A DNA stretch of 64,000 bases from Albugo candida (GCA_040437565.1 JBDOQK010000068.1:62001-126000); one strand, 5' to 3'. Shown: positions 24,233 to 37,637, counted from the stretch's first letter. The notes: generated by a model not told the origin, from the sequence alone. Translations and numbers: made by a program.

Positions 24233-27200
24233 ATTTGTCGACGAAAAATTGGAGTATTCCAGGCTTTGTACGACGACACGCCATCCTTCGCACAAGTAAT
24301 CACTCCAGCAAAGGCTTCTCCACCGACGTAGTTTAGATGAAGAAGGTTTGAAAAATTTGCTTGGCAGAAAGTGAGTGTGCAAGCAAAGCTGAATTGCTGG
24401 AATCGTCGACGCACCCCTGGAAAGCTTATATGCTTTCCCAATCTCTCCATCACCTGCAATGATGCGTCCAAATCGAAAAGCGAGGGAGACGAAGCGAAGT
24501 GAATGGAGGCAGCTGCAAGAATCTTGAGTGACCAAGGCTAGATGATGTTTGCAAGCACTTTATGGATGTCAAGCGTTTTGTGGAGAGAAATGGCTTGCTG
24601 TGTGGTTAACTTTATGTGCACGCTATTTTTCAAAAGATGCGCATACAGCTGCAGGCTAATTGACAATTTTCCCCAGCCCAGTAGAAACAGCACATGTGGG
24701 CAGTTCCCGCTATTGATCACAATCTGCGATGATCACCGGATGAAATTCAATCATCGGAAAGCTCAATTGTATAATAGTTGCGATAAGAAAAGGGTGCGAT
24801 TTATACATATGCAATGGAATGTGAACATTACGCGATGTACTTTGTTCACAGTATTGGCACAAAATTAAAGACACTGGAAAAGATTTGAGCCTCGGACGCA
24901 TCGATTGATTTTGTATCCGCTCGCTCAACACACTCGACCATTCGTGATACCATCCTCAAATACACCCAGTAAGACGTGCTCAGGCTCAGACATGAAGAAG
25001 TGAAAAAATGAAAATGAGATTTTTTTCAGAATTTTCATTGGTTTTTAGTTTGTTCGACAGACAGTAGCCATGGAATGAAGGAACAAGAAAAACATCGCAA
25101 TGGTGGCCAGAATGATTGATAATTTGTAGTCTACAGACAGCAAAGATGCCCAACGTTTAGTATCGAAGCTGACAGCAACTAAAATTGTTGTGCAATGTAC
25201 TCACCAAACGTACCTAAAAGCTCATCAAATGCTTCGTTACCCGTTTTCCACTGTAAAGAGATTTCGCTCGAGGTGGCAATGTATAACGCGAGCAATGAGC
25301 TCATGAGTGCACTCAAGCCATTCCAGAAGAAACCTGAGGTGACCACAGACTTGGCAGTCAGCGTCCAAGACACAATGACACTGAAAAAGAATGCCGCCAA
25401 AGTAATCGCTGCATCCGTCGATTCTAATTTGATTGCGAGCAGATCCTATACAGAAATGTCAAATACAAGTACACAGCGATATCAGGTGAAATACCTCGAG
25501 CCCTTGTAAAGGGCCATTGACGAGATATGACTTCTCAGCATGCAACAGCAGCAGCATAAAGAACATCAGTGATGCATTAAGAGATAGCCCAAGCACGAGT
25601 CTCAGCGATCCAGCGACACATGAGCTTGAAAAGTTGGTAAGTTTGCGCCAAAATGAATTGATTTCTCCACCATTAAGGCTGATGTCATGACAAAGCAGTC
25701 TTTTATCAGCACCACCGCTGATGAGATGGCAACGTTTTGCGTTTTTTCCCATACTTGGAGCAAACTCGAGTCCCGTGACCGCGAAAGAATGTTCATCTTT
25801 GCAATGTCGCGCGTATGTGGTTAGATTGTCCGTCAAAAACACTTTGATCTCGCCTGTAACCGCGGCAGTAGATACGAATTTATCATCAGGACTCACACAC
25901 ATGCTTGCAACAGGTCGATCGCTTGCAACGGCCACAGCCTTGATAGTCCAATTCCAATACTCTGGATGTGTCTGGCACAATGTTTCGGGTATCCATTTNN
26001 NNNNNNNNNNNNNNNNNNNNNNNNNNNNNNNNNNNNNNNNNNNNNNNNNNNNNNNNNNNNNNNNNNNNNNNNNNNNNNNNNNNNNNNNNNNNNNNNNNAT
26101 TTGTCGACGAAAAATTGGAGTATTCCAGGCTTTGTACGACGACACGCCATCCTTCGCACAAGTAATCACTCCAGCAAAGGCTTCTCCACCGACGTAGTTT
26201 AGATGAAGAAGGTTTGAAAAATTTGCTTGGCAGAAAGTGAGTGTGCAAGCAAAGCTGAATTGCTGGAATCGTCGACGCACCCCTGGAAAGCTTATATGCT
26301 TTCCCAATCTCTCCATCACCTGCAATGATGCGTCCAAATCGAAAAGCGAGGGAGACGAAGCGAAGTGAATGGAGGCAGCTGCAAGAATCTTGAGTGACCA
26401 AGGCTAGATGATGTTTGCAAGCACTTTATGGATGTCAAGCGTTTTGTGGAGAGAAATGGCTTGCTGTGTGGTTAACTTTATGTGCACGCTATTTTTCAAA
26501 AGATGCGCATACAGCTGCAGGCTAATTGACAATTTTCCCCAGCCCAGTAGAAACAGCACATGTGGGCAGTTCCCGCTATTGATCACAATCTGCGATGATC
26601 ACCGGATGAAATTCAATCATCGGAAAGCTCAATTGTATAATAGTTGCGATAAGAAAAGGGTGCGATTTATACATATGCAATGGAATGTGAACATTACGCG
26701 ATGTACTTTGTTCACAGTATTGGCACAAAATTAAAGACACTGGAAAAGATTTGAGCCTCGGACGCATCGATTGATTTTGTATCCGCTCGCTCAACACACT
26801 CGACCATTCGTGATACCATCCTCAAATACACCCAGTAAGACGTGCTCAGGCTCAGACATGAAGAAGTGAAAAAATGAAAATGAGATTTTTTTCAGAATTT
26901 TCATTGGTTTTTAGTTTGTTCGACAGACAGTAGCCATGGAATGAAGGAACAAGAAAAACATCGCAATGGTGGCCAGAATGATTGATAATTTGTAGTCTAC
27001 AGACAGCAAAGATGCCCAACGTTTAGTATCGAAGCTGACAGCAACTAAAATTGTTGTGCAATGTACTCACCAAACGTACCTAAAAGCTCATCAAATGCTT
27101 CGTTACCCGTTTTCCACTGTAAAGAGATTTCGCTCGAGGTGGCAATGTATAACGCGAGCAATGAGCTCATGAGTGCACTCAAGCCATTCCAGAAGAAACC

Positions 27201-27864
27201 TGAGGTGACCACAGACTTGGCAGTCAGCGTCCAAGACACAATGACACTGAAAAAGAATGCCGCCAAAGTAATCGCTGCATCCGTCGATTCTAATTTGATT
27301 GCGAGCAGATCCTATACAGAAATGTCAAATACAAGTACACAGCGATATCAGGTGAAATACCTCGAGCCCTTGTAAAGGGCCATTGACGAGATATGACTTC
27401 TCAGCATGCAACAGCAGCAGCATAAAGAACATCAGTGATGCATTAAGAGATAGCCCAAGCACGAGTCTCAGCGATCCAGCGACACATGAGCTTGAAAAGT
27501 TGGTAAGTTTGCGCCAAAATGAATTGATTTCTCCACCATTAAGGCTGATGTCATGACAAAGCAGTCTTTTATCAGCACCACCGCTGATGAGATGGCAACG
27601 TTTTGCGTTTTTTCCCATACTTGGAGCAAACTCGAGTCCCGTGACCGCGAAAGAATGTTCATCTTTGCAATGTCGCGCGTATGTGGTTAGATTGTCCGTC
27701 AAAAACACTTTGATCTCGCCTGTAACCGCGGCAGTAGATACGAATTTATCATCAGGACTCACACACATGCTTGCAACAGGTCGATCGCTTGCAACGGCCA
27801 CAGCCTTGATAGTCCAATTCCAATACTCTGGATGTGTCTGGCACAATGTTTCGGGTATCCATTT
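24233..27864. repeat. Direct duplication of about 1.77 kb flanking gap 25999-26098 (assembly overlap)
   Basis: Identical ORF translations recur with an offset of 1866 bp. Confidence 0.85.
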
Positions 27865-28857
27865 GACTAAAATGGCTGTTCCTCTAGCTTGAGTCAATAT
27901 AGTGTATAATGCTCTTCCATCACTGGAAAATCTCGCACATCGAAACTGGTGACTTTTTGATCCAATTATTCGGGGTAATTTAAGCATATCGCAGGCAATG
28001 TCCAATGCATCATCTTTCGAGAATTTACATATTGGTATGAGCTCTGTAAGGCGCCACAAATGACACGATTGGTCTTCCGAGGAGGATACAACCAAATTTC
28101 GATGAGATTGCTCAACGTGTATGTCCCGAATACGTTTCTTATGTCCACGATACTCTCTCGTCAGGGTCACCATCCACGCCTCTTGTATGACTTTATCGCC
28201 CAATTTAGGTTGCTCCACTTGCTTGTCATTTTTGGCACTATCGTCGTGTGCCAGAGATGTGGACGTTCCTGTAGCTACATCGATTGCGGAAGGTTGTCCG
28301 CTCAACTTCCAGACTCGAACCACTCCATCCTCTCCTCCAGTCAACAGCGTCGCATTGCCGACAAATCGAGCACAAACCTGTTCATTGTGACACCTTAGTA
28401 CGTGATTTGCACATTATTTTAGGCATACTTGAGTAGGTTGATCGGCTGCAAAATCGGTTTTAAAGCGAATCAATAACTTCATTTTCTTCTCCTGAATGTC
28501 AAATTCGTACATCCAGCACTCCATATCGACCGAAATGGCCATTAGAGAGCCCTATTCAAAAATCAGGTCATATCACATCACCTACAAAAAAGCGGAATGG
28601 TACATTGTGTGAGAACGATACACCGGACGCCAATCTGTTTCCAAAATCCGTAGTCGTTTCAATGCGAAATTCACTGTCATCGTCTGCCAATTGATAGATA
28701 TCCTACACAGCTTCCTTAGTAATTCCACAATCTCAGCGTTTGAAATAAAACATGCCACTTTGTTGTGGATTCCGGAGCTCATAGACCCTCCTCCTCCACA
28801 CACAGCGAGGTATCCATTACAGTACGAAAGGCCTAAAATCGGGTAGCTAACGATCAT
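26911..28857 (-). CDS. SEC12: Sec12/PREB-like Sar1 GEF (WD40 propeller with membrane anchor), multi-exon
   Basis: YPIL...CGGGGSMSSGIHN K-loop, TGGEDGVVRVW, FRCARFS, HSFAVTGLEF; hydrophobic C-terminus. Confidence 0.75.
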
Positions 28858-29010
28858 CACAAAATGCGCTTTTGTCGATGCTTTTGCACGTTGGATAGCG
28901 TTCGAAAGTTTTTCTTGACGTTACCGACATTCAATATTGACAAACCCGACGTCAGAAATCGCAAATCGATTGATTTGCACCACTCAAACGGTCGCAGAAT
29001 AGCTGCAGTA

Positions 29011-30121
29011 ATGCATCGCAATCTCCGACGAGCGTGGAGAACTGCCGCAATTTGCACGCCATATGGATCCTACTATCCATCCTCTATTGCATGCAGTCCA
29101 TCTCGGCGCGCAGGAAGATCTCAATTCACAAACTTGTCTCCTCAAAGCCGACAGCTTTCCAGCCGATCCGATAAGGATATCAATACTTCTGACGTAAAGC
29201 CAAAATGTTTAAATGAGAATGAGGACGAAGCGTTGAAAGCGGAAGAGTGGGCAAAGCAATTTGAAAGAGAAGTGTCGAAATGGAAAATGAATGAGCGCGA
29301 CGCAGAAAACGATATGTACGCAATGGATTCGGAGCGAATGTATTCTGTAAGGCGACAATCAGGTTCAAGTAGACTTCCTCTATAACTTTATATGACCAGG
29401 AAATCCCAGAAATGAACCACAGAGTCAATATCGACGCAATAAGCGATGATTACGGGATGGATCCAATGCCTTATCTCCACAAAGCATCGACGTACGAAGT
29501 GCAGTAATGTCGGCATGATGATCTGACTCGATCTTTGTGTAGAGCGATGCCGGAAGCGCTGAATTGGAATGACGAGGAAGCCAGGAATTCCGTTGAGAAG
29601 GAGCCGGTCGAGAAGCCTGCCAAGTATCTTCGAAGAGCGAATCATAAAGATACCGTGGAACTCGCTCTGGTTGACAAATTTTCTGCTTCATTTGCATGCA
29701 AAAGAGAGTAATGATGTGACTGTAGGACACGGAACTGCTTCGACTATTCATCACGCCTGCAGGTCGTATCCGACCTCGTCGATTTACAGGCTTACGAGGT
29801 CCTCAACAGCGGCAAGTAGCTCGCGGGATCAAAGTCGCTCGTCATCTCGCACTTCTGCCTTACTTGTCAAGATATCCCGAACCATCTCCGGAGCAGTGGC
29901 GAGCAATTTTTGATGAAGAAGGACGAAAGGAAGAGGCCAGGCGACTACAAAGAGAAGAAGATGGCATCGAAGACGAAGATGATTCCGACGACGACTTCGA
30001 TCCCGACTTTGAAGAAGACGACGATGACGATGATGACCAAGACTACTCTGATTACGCTGATGATGATGATGTTGACACTGGTCGCAGAAGCTCTGACGGA
30101 AACGATCGGGACGAGTTTTAA
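29011..30121 (+). CDS. MRPS18: Mitochondrial ribosomal protein S18 (bS18m) with presequence and acidic tail, 4 exons
   Basis: Spliced last exon reads [46 protein letters not shown] (S18 signature); Arg-rich N-terminus. Confidence 0.82.
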
Positions 30122-30899
30122 ATTAATCGGCTTCATCGACAGAAGTAGCCGCTGCGTCAGACACTGTTGGCATTAACAACGATAGAAATAGAAAGCTTGT
30201 AATGAAACGATACCATNNNNNNNNNNNNNNNNNNNNNNNNNNNNNNNNNNNNNNNNNNNNNNNNNNNNNNNNNNNNNNNNNNNNNNNNNNNNNNNNNNNN
30301 NNNNNNNNNNNNNNNNGAGAGTAATGATGTGACTGTAGGACACGGAACTGCTTCGACTATTCATCACGCCTGCAGGTCGTATCCGACCTCGTCGATTTAC
30401 AGGCTTACGAGGTCCTCAACAGCGGCAAGTAGCTCGCGGGATCAAAGTCGCTCGTCATCTCGCACTTCTGCCTTACTTGTCAAGATATCCCGAACCATCT
30501 CCGGAGCAGTGGCGAGCAATTTTTGATGAAGAAGGACGAAAGGAAGAGGCCAGGCGACTACAAAGAGAAGAAGATGGCATCGAAGACGAAGATGATTCCG
30601 ACGACGACTTCGATCCCGACTTTGAAGAAGACGACGATGACGATGATGACCAAGACTACTCTGATTACGCTGATGATGATGATGTTGACACTGGTCGCAG
30701 AAGCTCTGACGGAAACGATCGGGACGAGTTTTAAATTAATCGGCTTCATCGACAGAAGTAGCCGCTGCGTCAGACACTGTTGGCATTAACAACGATAGAA
30801 ATAGAAAGCTTGTAATGAAACGATACCATTGCGATGGATACAAGAGGCAGTCAATTATTTGGAAATGAACGACTAATCTCAACAAAAGTAGCTCCTTTC

Positions 30900-32312
30900 T
30901 CACTCTTTCGCCTTCTTTTTCTTCTTCTTTTTGAGTTTTTTCTTGTCAGGTGACTTGTCCGGGCTGCTTACTTGTGCGTCGACAGCCTGGCGTTTGTGTT
31001 TGCTTTCTTTCTTTACTTTTTTTGGTGAGTTGACTGTGTTTTCAGCGAGCGAAGAGACCTCTAGTACGGCTGGAGCCGTCTCTGAGACACCATACAATTT
31101 GGAAACTTCAGTAGGCGTGGATTCATTCACTTTTCCGTACTTGCCGATTTTGCCTTCTTTGACGAGATTTTTCACACGTTGAGCCATTGGTCCCAATCCC
31201 CATCGTCGAGGATATGTATCACGTTCCATAATAACACGTTTGATCTTGGCAACTACACCGTGATCGCACGTGGCCATGACCGCAGTGGTCATTTGTGCGA
31301 TCCCGATCGCAATTGCTTCGCCTTTGGTTGTCATCAACACGACCTCTTCTCCAATGTCAATGTCATCTGCGAATCGTAAAAGACCGGGCACCATAAACTT
31401 GGCACCATAACAAATAGCATTCACAGAACTGTCTTTGACAACAATGCGTTTGTAACTCGTTAGTAGGACTTCCAGTGGTCGGACAACTCGACGTAAATAC
31501 GATTCATCTTTGTAATTGTCATATTGGTATTGAGCATCCATAACGTCATGCATCGTCATCATTCCGTCTTGTTCACTCATAGCGCCTGAACGAACACGAC
31601 GAAGCTCCTGCATGTGTCCACCAACACCCAGAACGAGCCCAAGATGCACACAAAGAGTTCGAATATATGTTCCAGCTTCACAACTGACCCAAAAAACGCC
31701 CAAATTACGTTTCTCATCATATTCGATCAATTTGCTTTGATAAATTGTGCGAATGCGAAGTTGACGTTTAACTGCTGAAATCAATGGAGGACGCTGGAAG
31801 AGAGCACCAGTCAGCGTTTCAATGGCATTGGCAAGTTTTACTTGGCTCTCAATAGCATTATGAAGTCGTACGACAGCCACATATTCTTTTCCTGCTCCCT
31901 GTTGTGACTTGACAAGTCGAGTCGCACGATCCACACATACAATCAAACATCCAGTCACTTTAGGATCCAATGTGCCTGAATGACCCGTTTTATCAACACG
32001 TAAAATGCGTCGAATCCACGCGACGACCTCATGTGAGGAAGGATTTGCAGGTTTGTCGAGGTTTATGATACCGTATCGGACGTAATCCTGTATGTTGCGT
32101 TTCAGAGGGCTAGAGCTGCACGGGATTGGAGTGTAATGCCCAGTTCGGATGTTTAGTGTATTGTAATTCTTCAATAACAAAGGCCATTTGGAAGTGTCCA
32201 ATTTGGGAGTGTAGCTTTCTGGTGCAATTAGATCTGTTCCTGATTTCATATCAATTTCCATCGATTGCTTTCGCTTCTTCTTCTTCATCTTTAGCTCGCT
32301 GCTGGACGCCAT
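30900..32312 (-). CDS. CBF5: H/ACA snoRNP pseudouridine synthase (dyskerin/Cbf5)
   Basis: [34 protein letters not shown] domain, Lys-rich tail; intronless, 470 aa. Confidence 0.97.
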   Translation of the reverse strand: MASSSELKMKKKKRKQSMEIDMKSGTDLIAPESYTPKLDTSKWPLLLKNYNTLNIRTGHYTPIPCSSSPLKRNIQDYVRYGIINLDKPANPSSHEVVAWIRRILRVDKTGHSGTLDPKVTGCLIVCVDRATRLVKSQQGAGKEYVAVVRLHNAIESQVKLANAIETLTGALFQRPPLISAVKRQLRIRTIYQSKLIEYDEKRNLGVFWVSCEAGTYIRTLCVHLGLVLGVGGHMQELRRVRSGAMSEQDGMMTMHDVMDAQYQYDNYKDESYLRRVVRPLEVLLTSYKRIVVKDSSVNAICYGAKFMVPGLLRFADDIDIGEEVVLMTTKGEAIAIGIAQMTTAVMATCDHGVVAKIKRVIMERDTYPRRWGLGPMAQRVKNLVKEGKIGKYGKVNESTPTEVSKLYGVSETAPAVLEVSSLAENTVNSPKKVKKESKHKRQAVDAQVSSPDKSPDKKKLKKKKKKKAKE

Positions 32313-32410
32313 TAGTAATGACGATTGGCTCTAAAGCTGGTTGGAACCGGTTTATCTATAATGAACCGCAATCATCCTATTTGAGGACCGTGTCATATTG
32401 GTTCAGAAAC

Positions 32411-32962
32411 ATGCGCAAGCTCAAGTATCATGAGCAAAAGCTTTTGAAGAAAGTCGATTTTCTAGAATGGAAGAACGAAAACAATCTTCATGAAATCAAA
32501 GTTATCCGAAGATATCGCATACCGAATCGTGAGCAGTACCACGCGTACAATAAACTCGCAGGTCACATTCATCAAGTCGTTCATCGACTGAAGAAAAGAC
32601 CGACCGACGATTCCTTTCGAATTAAAACTACCGAAGCGTTGCTCGAAAAACTGTATAATATGGGATTAATTGCTACGAAGAAAAGTCTTTTGCTTGCGGA
32701 AAATGTCAATGTGTCTTCCTTTTGTCGACGCCGATTACCTGTTGTAATGGTACGACTGAAAATGTCTGAAACAATCAAAGAAGCAACTACTTTTGTTGAA
32801 CAGGGGCATGTTCGTGTTGGTCCGAGTGTAGTGTCAGATCCAGCATTTTTAGTTACGCGTTCATTTGAAGATTTTGTCACTTGGGTCGACAGCTCCAAGA
32901 TCAAGCGGACGATCATGAAGTACAATGATAAATTGGATGATTACGATTTACTGGGAAATTGA
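32411..32962 (+). CDS. IMP3: U3 snoRNP protein Imp3
   Basis: MRKLKYHEQKLLKKVDF, SFCRRRLPVVM, EQGHVRVGP, EDFVTWVDSSKIK. Confidence 0.96.
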   Translation: MRKLKYHEQKLLKKVDFLEWKNENNLHEIKVIRRYRIPNREQYHAYNKLAGHIHQVVHRLKKRPTDDSFRIKTTEALLEKLYNMGLIATKKSLLLAENVNVSSFCRRRLPVVMVRLKMSETIKEATTFVEQGHVRVGPSVVSDPAFLVTRSFEDFVTWVDSSKIKRTIMKYNDKLDDYDLLGN

Positions 32963-33171
32963 GATGATACGGACGGATAGATAGCATTGGGCTTTAATCG
33001 GATTGATTTACAGCACATGAGCAGCGAACAGGTGTTGAGGAAGCATATCTGTCTTCTTGTGAATTTAAAAATAGACCCACTTTATCAGAATAAATAGATT
33101 GGGAGAGAGCTCGTTATACCTTGCTCCTCTGCTGCCTTCATTGTTTCTTTTACGCTGCGAAATCAATTTCG

Positions 33172-33894
33172 ATGCATTCACTGACGCTCTTTCTCAATCT
33201 CGCTCTTGCTCGGAGTATATCGGCTCAAAACGTTGTAAAGGAAGTCATCGATGGAAGTATCTTTCGTACTAGCAGCTATGTGACGGTGGATCAATACAAA
33301 TTGAAAATCACAGAGGCTTCAACATTGGTGGAAATCGATTTGTTGTCTATGGAAACGAGCAATAACAGAAGCTTTGTGGATGTGAATGGAGACTGTGATT
33401 CGGCCTATATTGACTCTCAAATCTTTCTTTTTCAGAGAACTACTTTGACGAATGGATTGACTTCGTGGAAGGTGATAGCATCAAATGATGACGAGACAGA
33501 TATGGCTGGAAACTATGGAAAAGGACGAAAGGATGGATCCATTAGTGTGCAGGATTCGTACATGCTTCGTACACTCCAGCCTGGAGAATACATGCTTGCC
33601 GTTGGTCGATATCCACTAAGTGCATCTGAGGCACTGGCCGGAAGATGCAATCAAGTCAATAATGGTCATACTCCGTATGCTTGTCAGACCAGGAAAGCTC
33701 CGTATGGGAATTACAGAGCGACAATCCGTTCTAGATCAATTGCCGGAAATAAGATTGTTGTCCAATCCCCGTGTTCGTATGTGGGAAGCAGTTGTAGTGC
33801 CAATTTTGGTCTAAAAGAATGTGTCTTTCAACTGCAAAGTCAAGGTTCGTACGATGCCATCACGACGACATGTCGGTATGATCGAGCGATTTAG
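33172..33894 (+). CDS. Secreted protein with PPC-like (DVUA0089-like) beta-sandwich domain and Cys-rich C-terminus
   Basis: Signal-like MHSLTLFLNLALARSISAQ; motifs DSQIFLF, IASNDD, DSYM and LQPGEYMLAVG; intronless. Confidence 0.65.
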   Translation: MHSLTLFLNLALARSISAQNVVKEVIDGSIFRTSSYVTVDQYKLKITEASTLVEIDLLSMETSNNRSFVDVNGDCDSAYIDSQIFLFQRTTLTNGLTSWKVIASNDDETDMAGNYGKGRKDGSISVQDSYMLRTLQPGEYMLAVGRYPLSASEALAGRCNQVNNGHTPYACQTRKAPYGNYRATIRSRSIAGNKIVVQSPCSYVGSSCSANFGLKECVFQLQSQGSYDAITTTCRYDRAI

Positions 33895-33984
33895 CTAGCT
33901 TGAAAGATAATGTTCAGGGTTTTGAGACAAATCCGCACTTGTAATGTTTTCTTCTTTAGATAACTGTTTTCCACATCACACAAC

Positions 33985-34065
33985 GGCAGCTTGGCCGAGT
34001 GGTTAAGGCGATGGCCTGCTAAGCCATTGGGGTAACCTGCGTGAGTTCGAATCTCACAGCTGTCG
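33985..34065 (+). tRNA. tRNA-Ser (anticodon GCT)
   Basis: Acceptor stem GGCAGCT/AGCTGTC, A-box TGGCCGAGTGG, anticodon arm ATGGC-CTGCTAA-GCCAT, long variable arm, T-loop GTTCGAATC. Confidence 0.95.
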
Positions 34066-34443
34066 CTTACTGCGAAGTGACGCTATGACAATTCTAAGAA
34101 ATGTACTGTATGGGCTTATCTCTCATGTAAAAATGCTGATCTAGAAGTTGAATAGTTTAGTTTGCTTCAACGACTGGGAAAGCTCCAAAGTAGAAATCAG
34201 GGTCACTTGATCAAAGTAGTTGGTCCAACGGCTGGAGCAAAGAGCGTACTACAATTGAAAGAGCAACATTCCTCGCTGTTAATAAGCTAGATGACGTAAT
34301 GCAAACACAAAGTACAAGTGCAATCGCAGTATATATTTATTTATTCACATTGCAAAATGCGAGGAAAGAAAGACACTTTTTAGACATCATTTGCGAGTCG
34401 CTGCATTCTGTCTAAAAGCACTTTAATCATAACAGGTTCAAAA

Positions 34444-36207
34444 CTACGAGGGAGACACACTTTCTGTTTTTTTGACTGCCATGTGCTCTATTATTTTCCA
34501 TTTCTCTTGTATCTTTTCGTTTCGAGTGGCTGTCGCTTGTTCCTGTAGTAAATATTCCTTTGCGCATTGATCGAAAAGCGCCATATCATAATCCATATAC
34601 AGCTTTAGGACATTCTATAGGTAGCACAAACAAAACAATGAGTAAAGTGACTGCCACGCAGATCGATGGAATCAAGTACCTGAGCCAGACCTTCAACAGT
34701 GACATTCCAATGTCCAAGCGAGTTCTTGTACAGCGGACCATAAATAAGTGGTAGAATCAGGTGTGCATGCTGTTTGCTTAAGCACCCATTATTCACCAAA
34801 TGTTCATTGTTCCACAGAAATAGAGATCTCTCCGCCACCTGGAAATGCTGACTTCCCAGCCATTTTGATAATGCTCGAAATAGAGGTTTATGAACCTGTT
34901 GTAGCTGTTCTGACCCCATCAATTCTAAAATTTCTTCAAGTTCATTGAGGAACAACACTTGTTTGGACGAACAGGACCACGGCCAAAATTTAAGTATGCC
35001 TTTAATAATACAAATCGCAGTGTCAGGATCTTTCTCCACAAACTGCGTGACGCAATACGATAACTGCTGGTGATACATGGCAACCGACTTGGGTTTATGC
35101 AAAGGAATGAGTGCTCGAACTAGAAATTGCAAGTGTTCCACCTTGAGAGGCATCGCGAATCCATTAATAATACTTCCAAGTATCTCCAGTAATTCACCGA
35201 TTCCATTGTGTCGTTCAGTTTCGTACACAAACGAATAAAATACATTGCTGATAGCTTTTCGAATAAACGATCGATGTGACATAAACTTGCCATAAATGCG
35301 GTGTAAGATAGTTTTCAAGTAATCTCGTTCGCGTGCGTCTTCACTATCGAATAATTCGACAAGGTATAAACAAAACTTTTGATCCACATACTTTTTTGCC
35401 ACTTTTGCAACGACTTCATTAGAAACCACAAATCGTAAAAAAAACTCGTAAACTACTTGTAGATGAGGCCATGAGGGTTCCAACACAGGTTCATCTTCCT
35501 CTGGGTCAAAGTCTTCGGTTTGTGGAGGAAGAGCGCGACATATATTGACCGTCTATGTCGTGTAGAGGATTAGCATTTGTCAAATACAAGCCAAAGCAGC
35601 GATATCGTACCACCATCCGCATAATTTCCGGCATCAGTGCTTCCGTGAAAATTTTCTGACCGCCAGGATTATTGACATAATCGACCAACTCCAGTAATGT
35701 CTGCCGCTTTAAATCTTTTCCTCTATTACAAGTGATTTCAGCTAAGTTTATATTCTCCCAATCACGTTTCTACCAACCTTTTATCCGATGAAGGATCATC
35801 GAAATTGAAAATGACGCAACAAAGCTCCAATTTTTGCTGGAACAAAATCTATCAGGCTCAATACGTAAGCCTGGAACACGTCAAGGATGTAAAAAATAAA
35901 CCTCTCTTTTCTGTGAGGATGTATCCTTCAAATGTGGTAAATCCTTCAAAGCTTGTATTTTTTGATTACGTGCTGTGAATGATCGTCGACGCTCTCGTTT
36001 GGGTAGTGCTAAATCCGAACGCGCTACTTCTCCGGTCAAAGGCGTTGATGTTCCCACACCAAGTACATTATTACCACCTGATGTCGTTGTGGCTTTGGTC
36101 CCTGTCACTCCAGCTTCATTATCGAGCCGATCGGACATATACGCAGTGTTCAAATGCTCTCCATTAGCACTCAGTTTTCGTTTCACAGTTTGCAGCATCC
36201 CTTTCAT
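34444..36207 (-). CDS. PPP2R5: PP2A regulatory subunit B' (B56), multi-exon
   Basis: LEPSWPHLQVVYEFFLRF, LFDSEDARERDYLKTILHRIYGKF, SIINGFAMPLK, HFQVAERSL. Confidence 0.96.
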
Positions 36208-37553
36208 ATTTTGAGTATCGCCAAACTTTCCGCTGTGACGTAATGAAATTCTGTGATTGGAACTGAAGCGGTATTTTATCAAATAAGGATCACGCTCAAG
36301 AAATACTATACAGTATCGGATTTCTCTGCACAAATATTTCGCTTACACTACTTTTCGTCGGCTATTTTTTTTCGCAACCTGATTTCGACTTCCTCAGCGC
36401 TATTCGTTCGAAAAGTGGATGGATGTCTGCTCGTGTCAATTGCGTTAAGTAGCGAGAAAGCGATCAGAGCACAGAAAGCATGCACAAACAATTCGATGAC
36501 ACTTTTGGGGGTGGAAAGTTTTAAACAGGTTTGGATTGCGGTGTTTTATTCGATGGAAAAACACCAGTGAAACGACGCAATATACCGTACCTCTCAGTAT
36601 AATGTTTTCTAGCGGTAGTCCATGCCATAGACTATTCTTATGAACGGAGACCTTTTTTTAATCATATTTTAGCTTATTTTACTGTGTGCATGCAAATGTA
36701 ATTCTATTTCGTTGCCATAAATATAAAAATGATACGATTTTTATGATTGGTTAATAATACTGTGCAGCATCTTCGGATTGGCTGAAACTGCGTGTGGCCT
36801 TTCAAGATACCAAGAAGACCCAATTCGATGGAAGTTGATGACGATGTTTTCTCCGCAATCAAACCACGAGATCGACCCGCTCCAAGACTACCTGACGGTT
36901 TGTATCCTGGCACAAGCGATTTACGCTTTGTGGATCCTCCTGATACCTTCCAAAAAGAGCAAAAAGCGTTTTATAGTCGTAAGGCCTCCATGCCGTCATT
37001 ACCCCAGGCCCCAGTAACAGGGAGGCTCACTGATGACTCAAAGCAGATATTATCTGCTCGACCTCGCCCTAAGCTTATGGATGATTGGTCCTTATTGCCG
37101 TCTTTCGATATGCCGAACGATTTAGGAGGAAAATTGTACTCGGAAGCGAACTCGGAGCCCGAACAAGAAGATGGCCTCCGCAGCCATATGAATGAGTATG
37201 TAATGAACAGGTCTCAGATACAGGATCTGGAAAGTCAGAATCATGATAAAGTCGATTCCATCGATGCTGTGACAAAGAATATCAAGGAGAAATCACAGGC
37301 CTTCGCTAATGAGGAATGGAAAGCTNNNNNNNNNNNNNNNNNNNNNNNNNNNNNNNNNNNNNNNNNNNNNNNNNNNNNNNNNNNNNNNNNNNNNNNNNNN
37401 NNNNNNNNNNNNNNNNNNNNNNNNNTAGTCCATGCCATAGACTATTCTTATGAACGGAGACCTTTTTTTAATCATATTTTAGCTTATTTTACTGTGTGCA
37501 TGCAAATGTAATTCTATTTCGTTGCCATAAATATAAAAATGATACGATTTTTA

Positions 37554-37597
37554 TGATTGGTTAATAATACTGTGCAGCATCTTCGGATTGGCTGAAA
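37554..37597 (-). promoter_or_regulatory. Two CCAAT-box-like motifs in the PP2A-B56 / hypothetical gene divergent promoter region
   Basis: TGATTGGTTAA at 37554-37564 and GGATTGGCTGAAA at 37585-37597, 40-85 bp upstream of ATG 37638. Confidence 0.4.
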
Positions 37598-37637
37598 CTG
37601 CGTGTGGCCTTTCAAGATACCAAGAAGACCCAATTCG

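Noticed and set aside
24060-25000. Overlapping ORFs of 100-130 codons on both strands
   Set aside because: No motifs or consistent exon structure found; left unannotated
32126-32410. N-terminal extension of IMP3 in the ORF track
   Set aside because: It starts at a non-ATG codon and overlaps CBF5 antisense; conserved Imp3 begins at ATG 32411
35849-35901. TCCTTGAC branch-like sequence in a PP2A B56 intron (second U12 intron?)
   Set aside because: The 5' splice site is GTTTATTT rather than RTATCCTT, and the motif is too far from the 3' splice site
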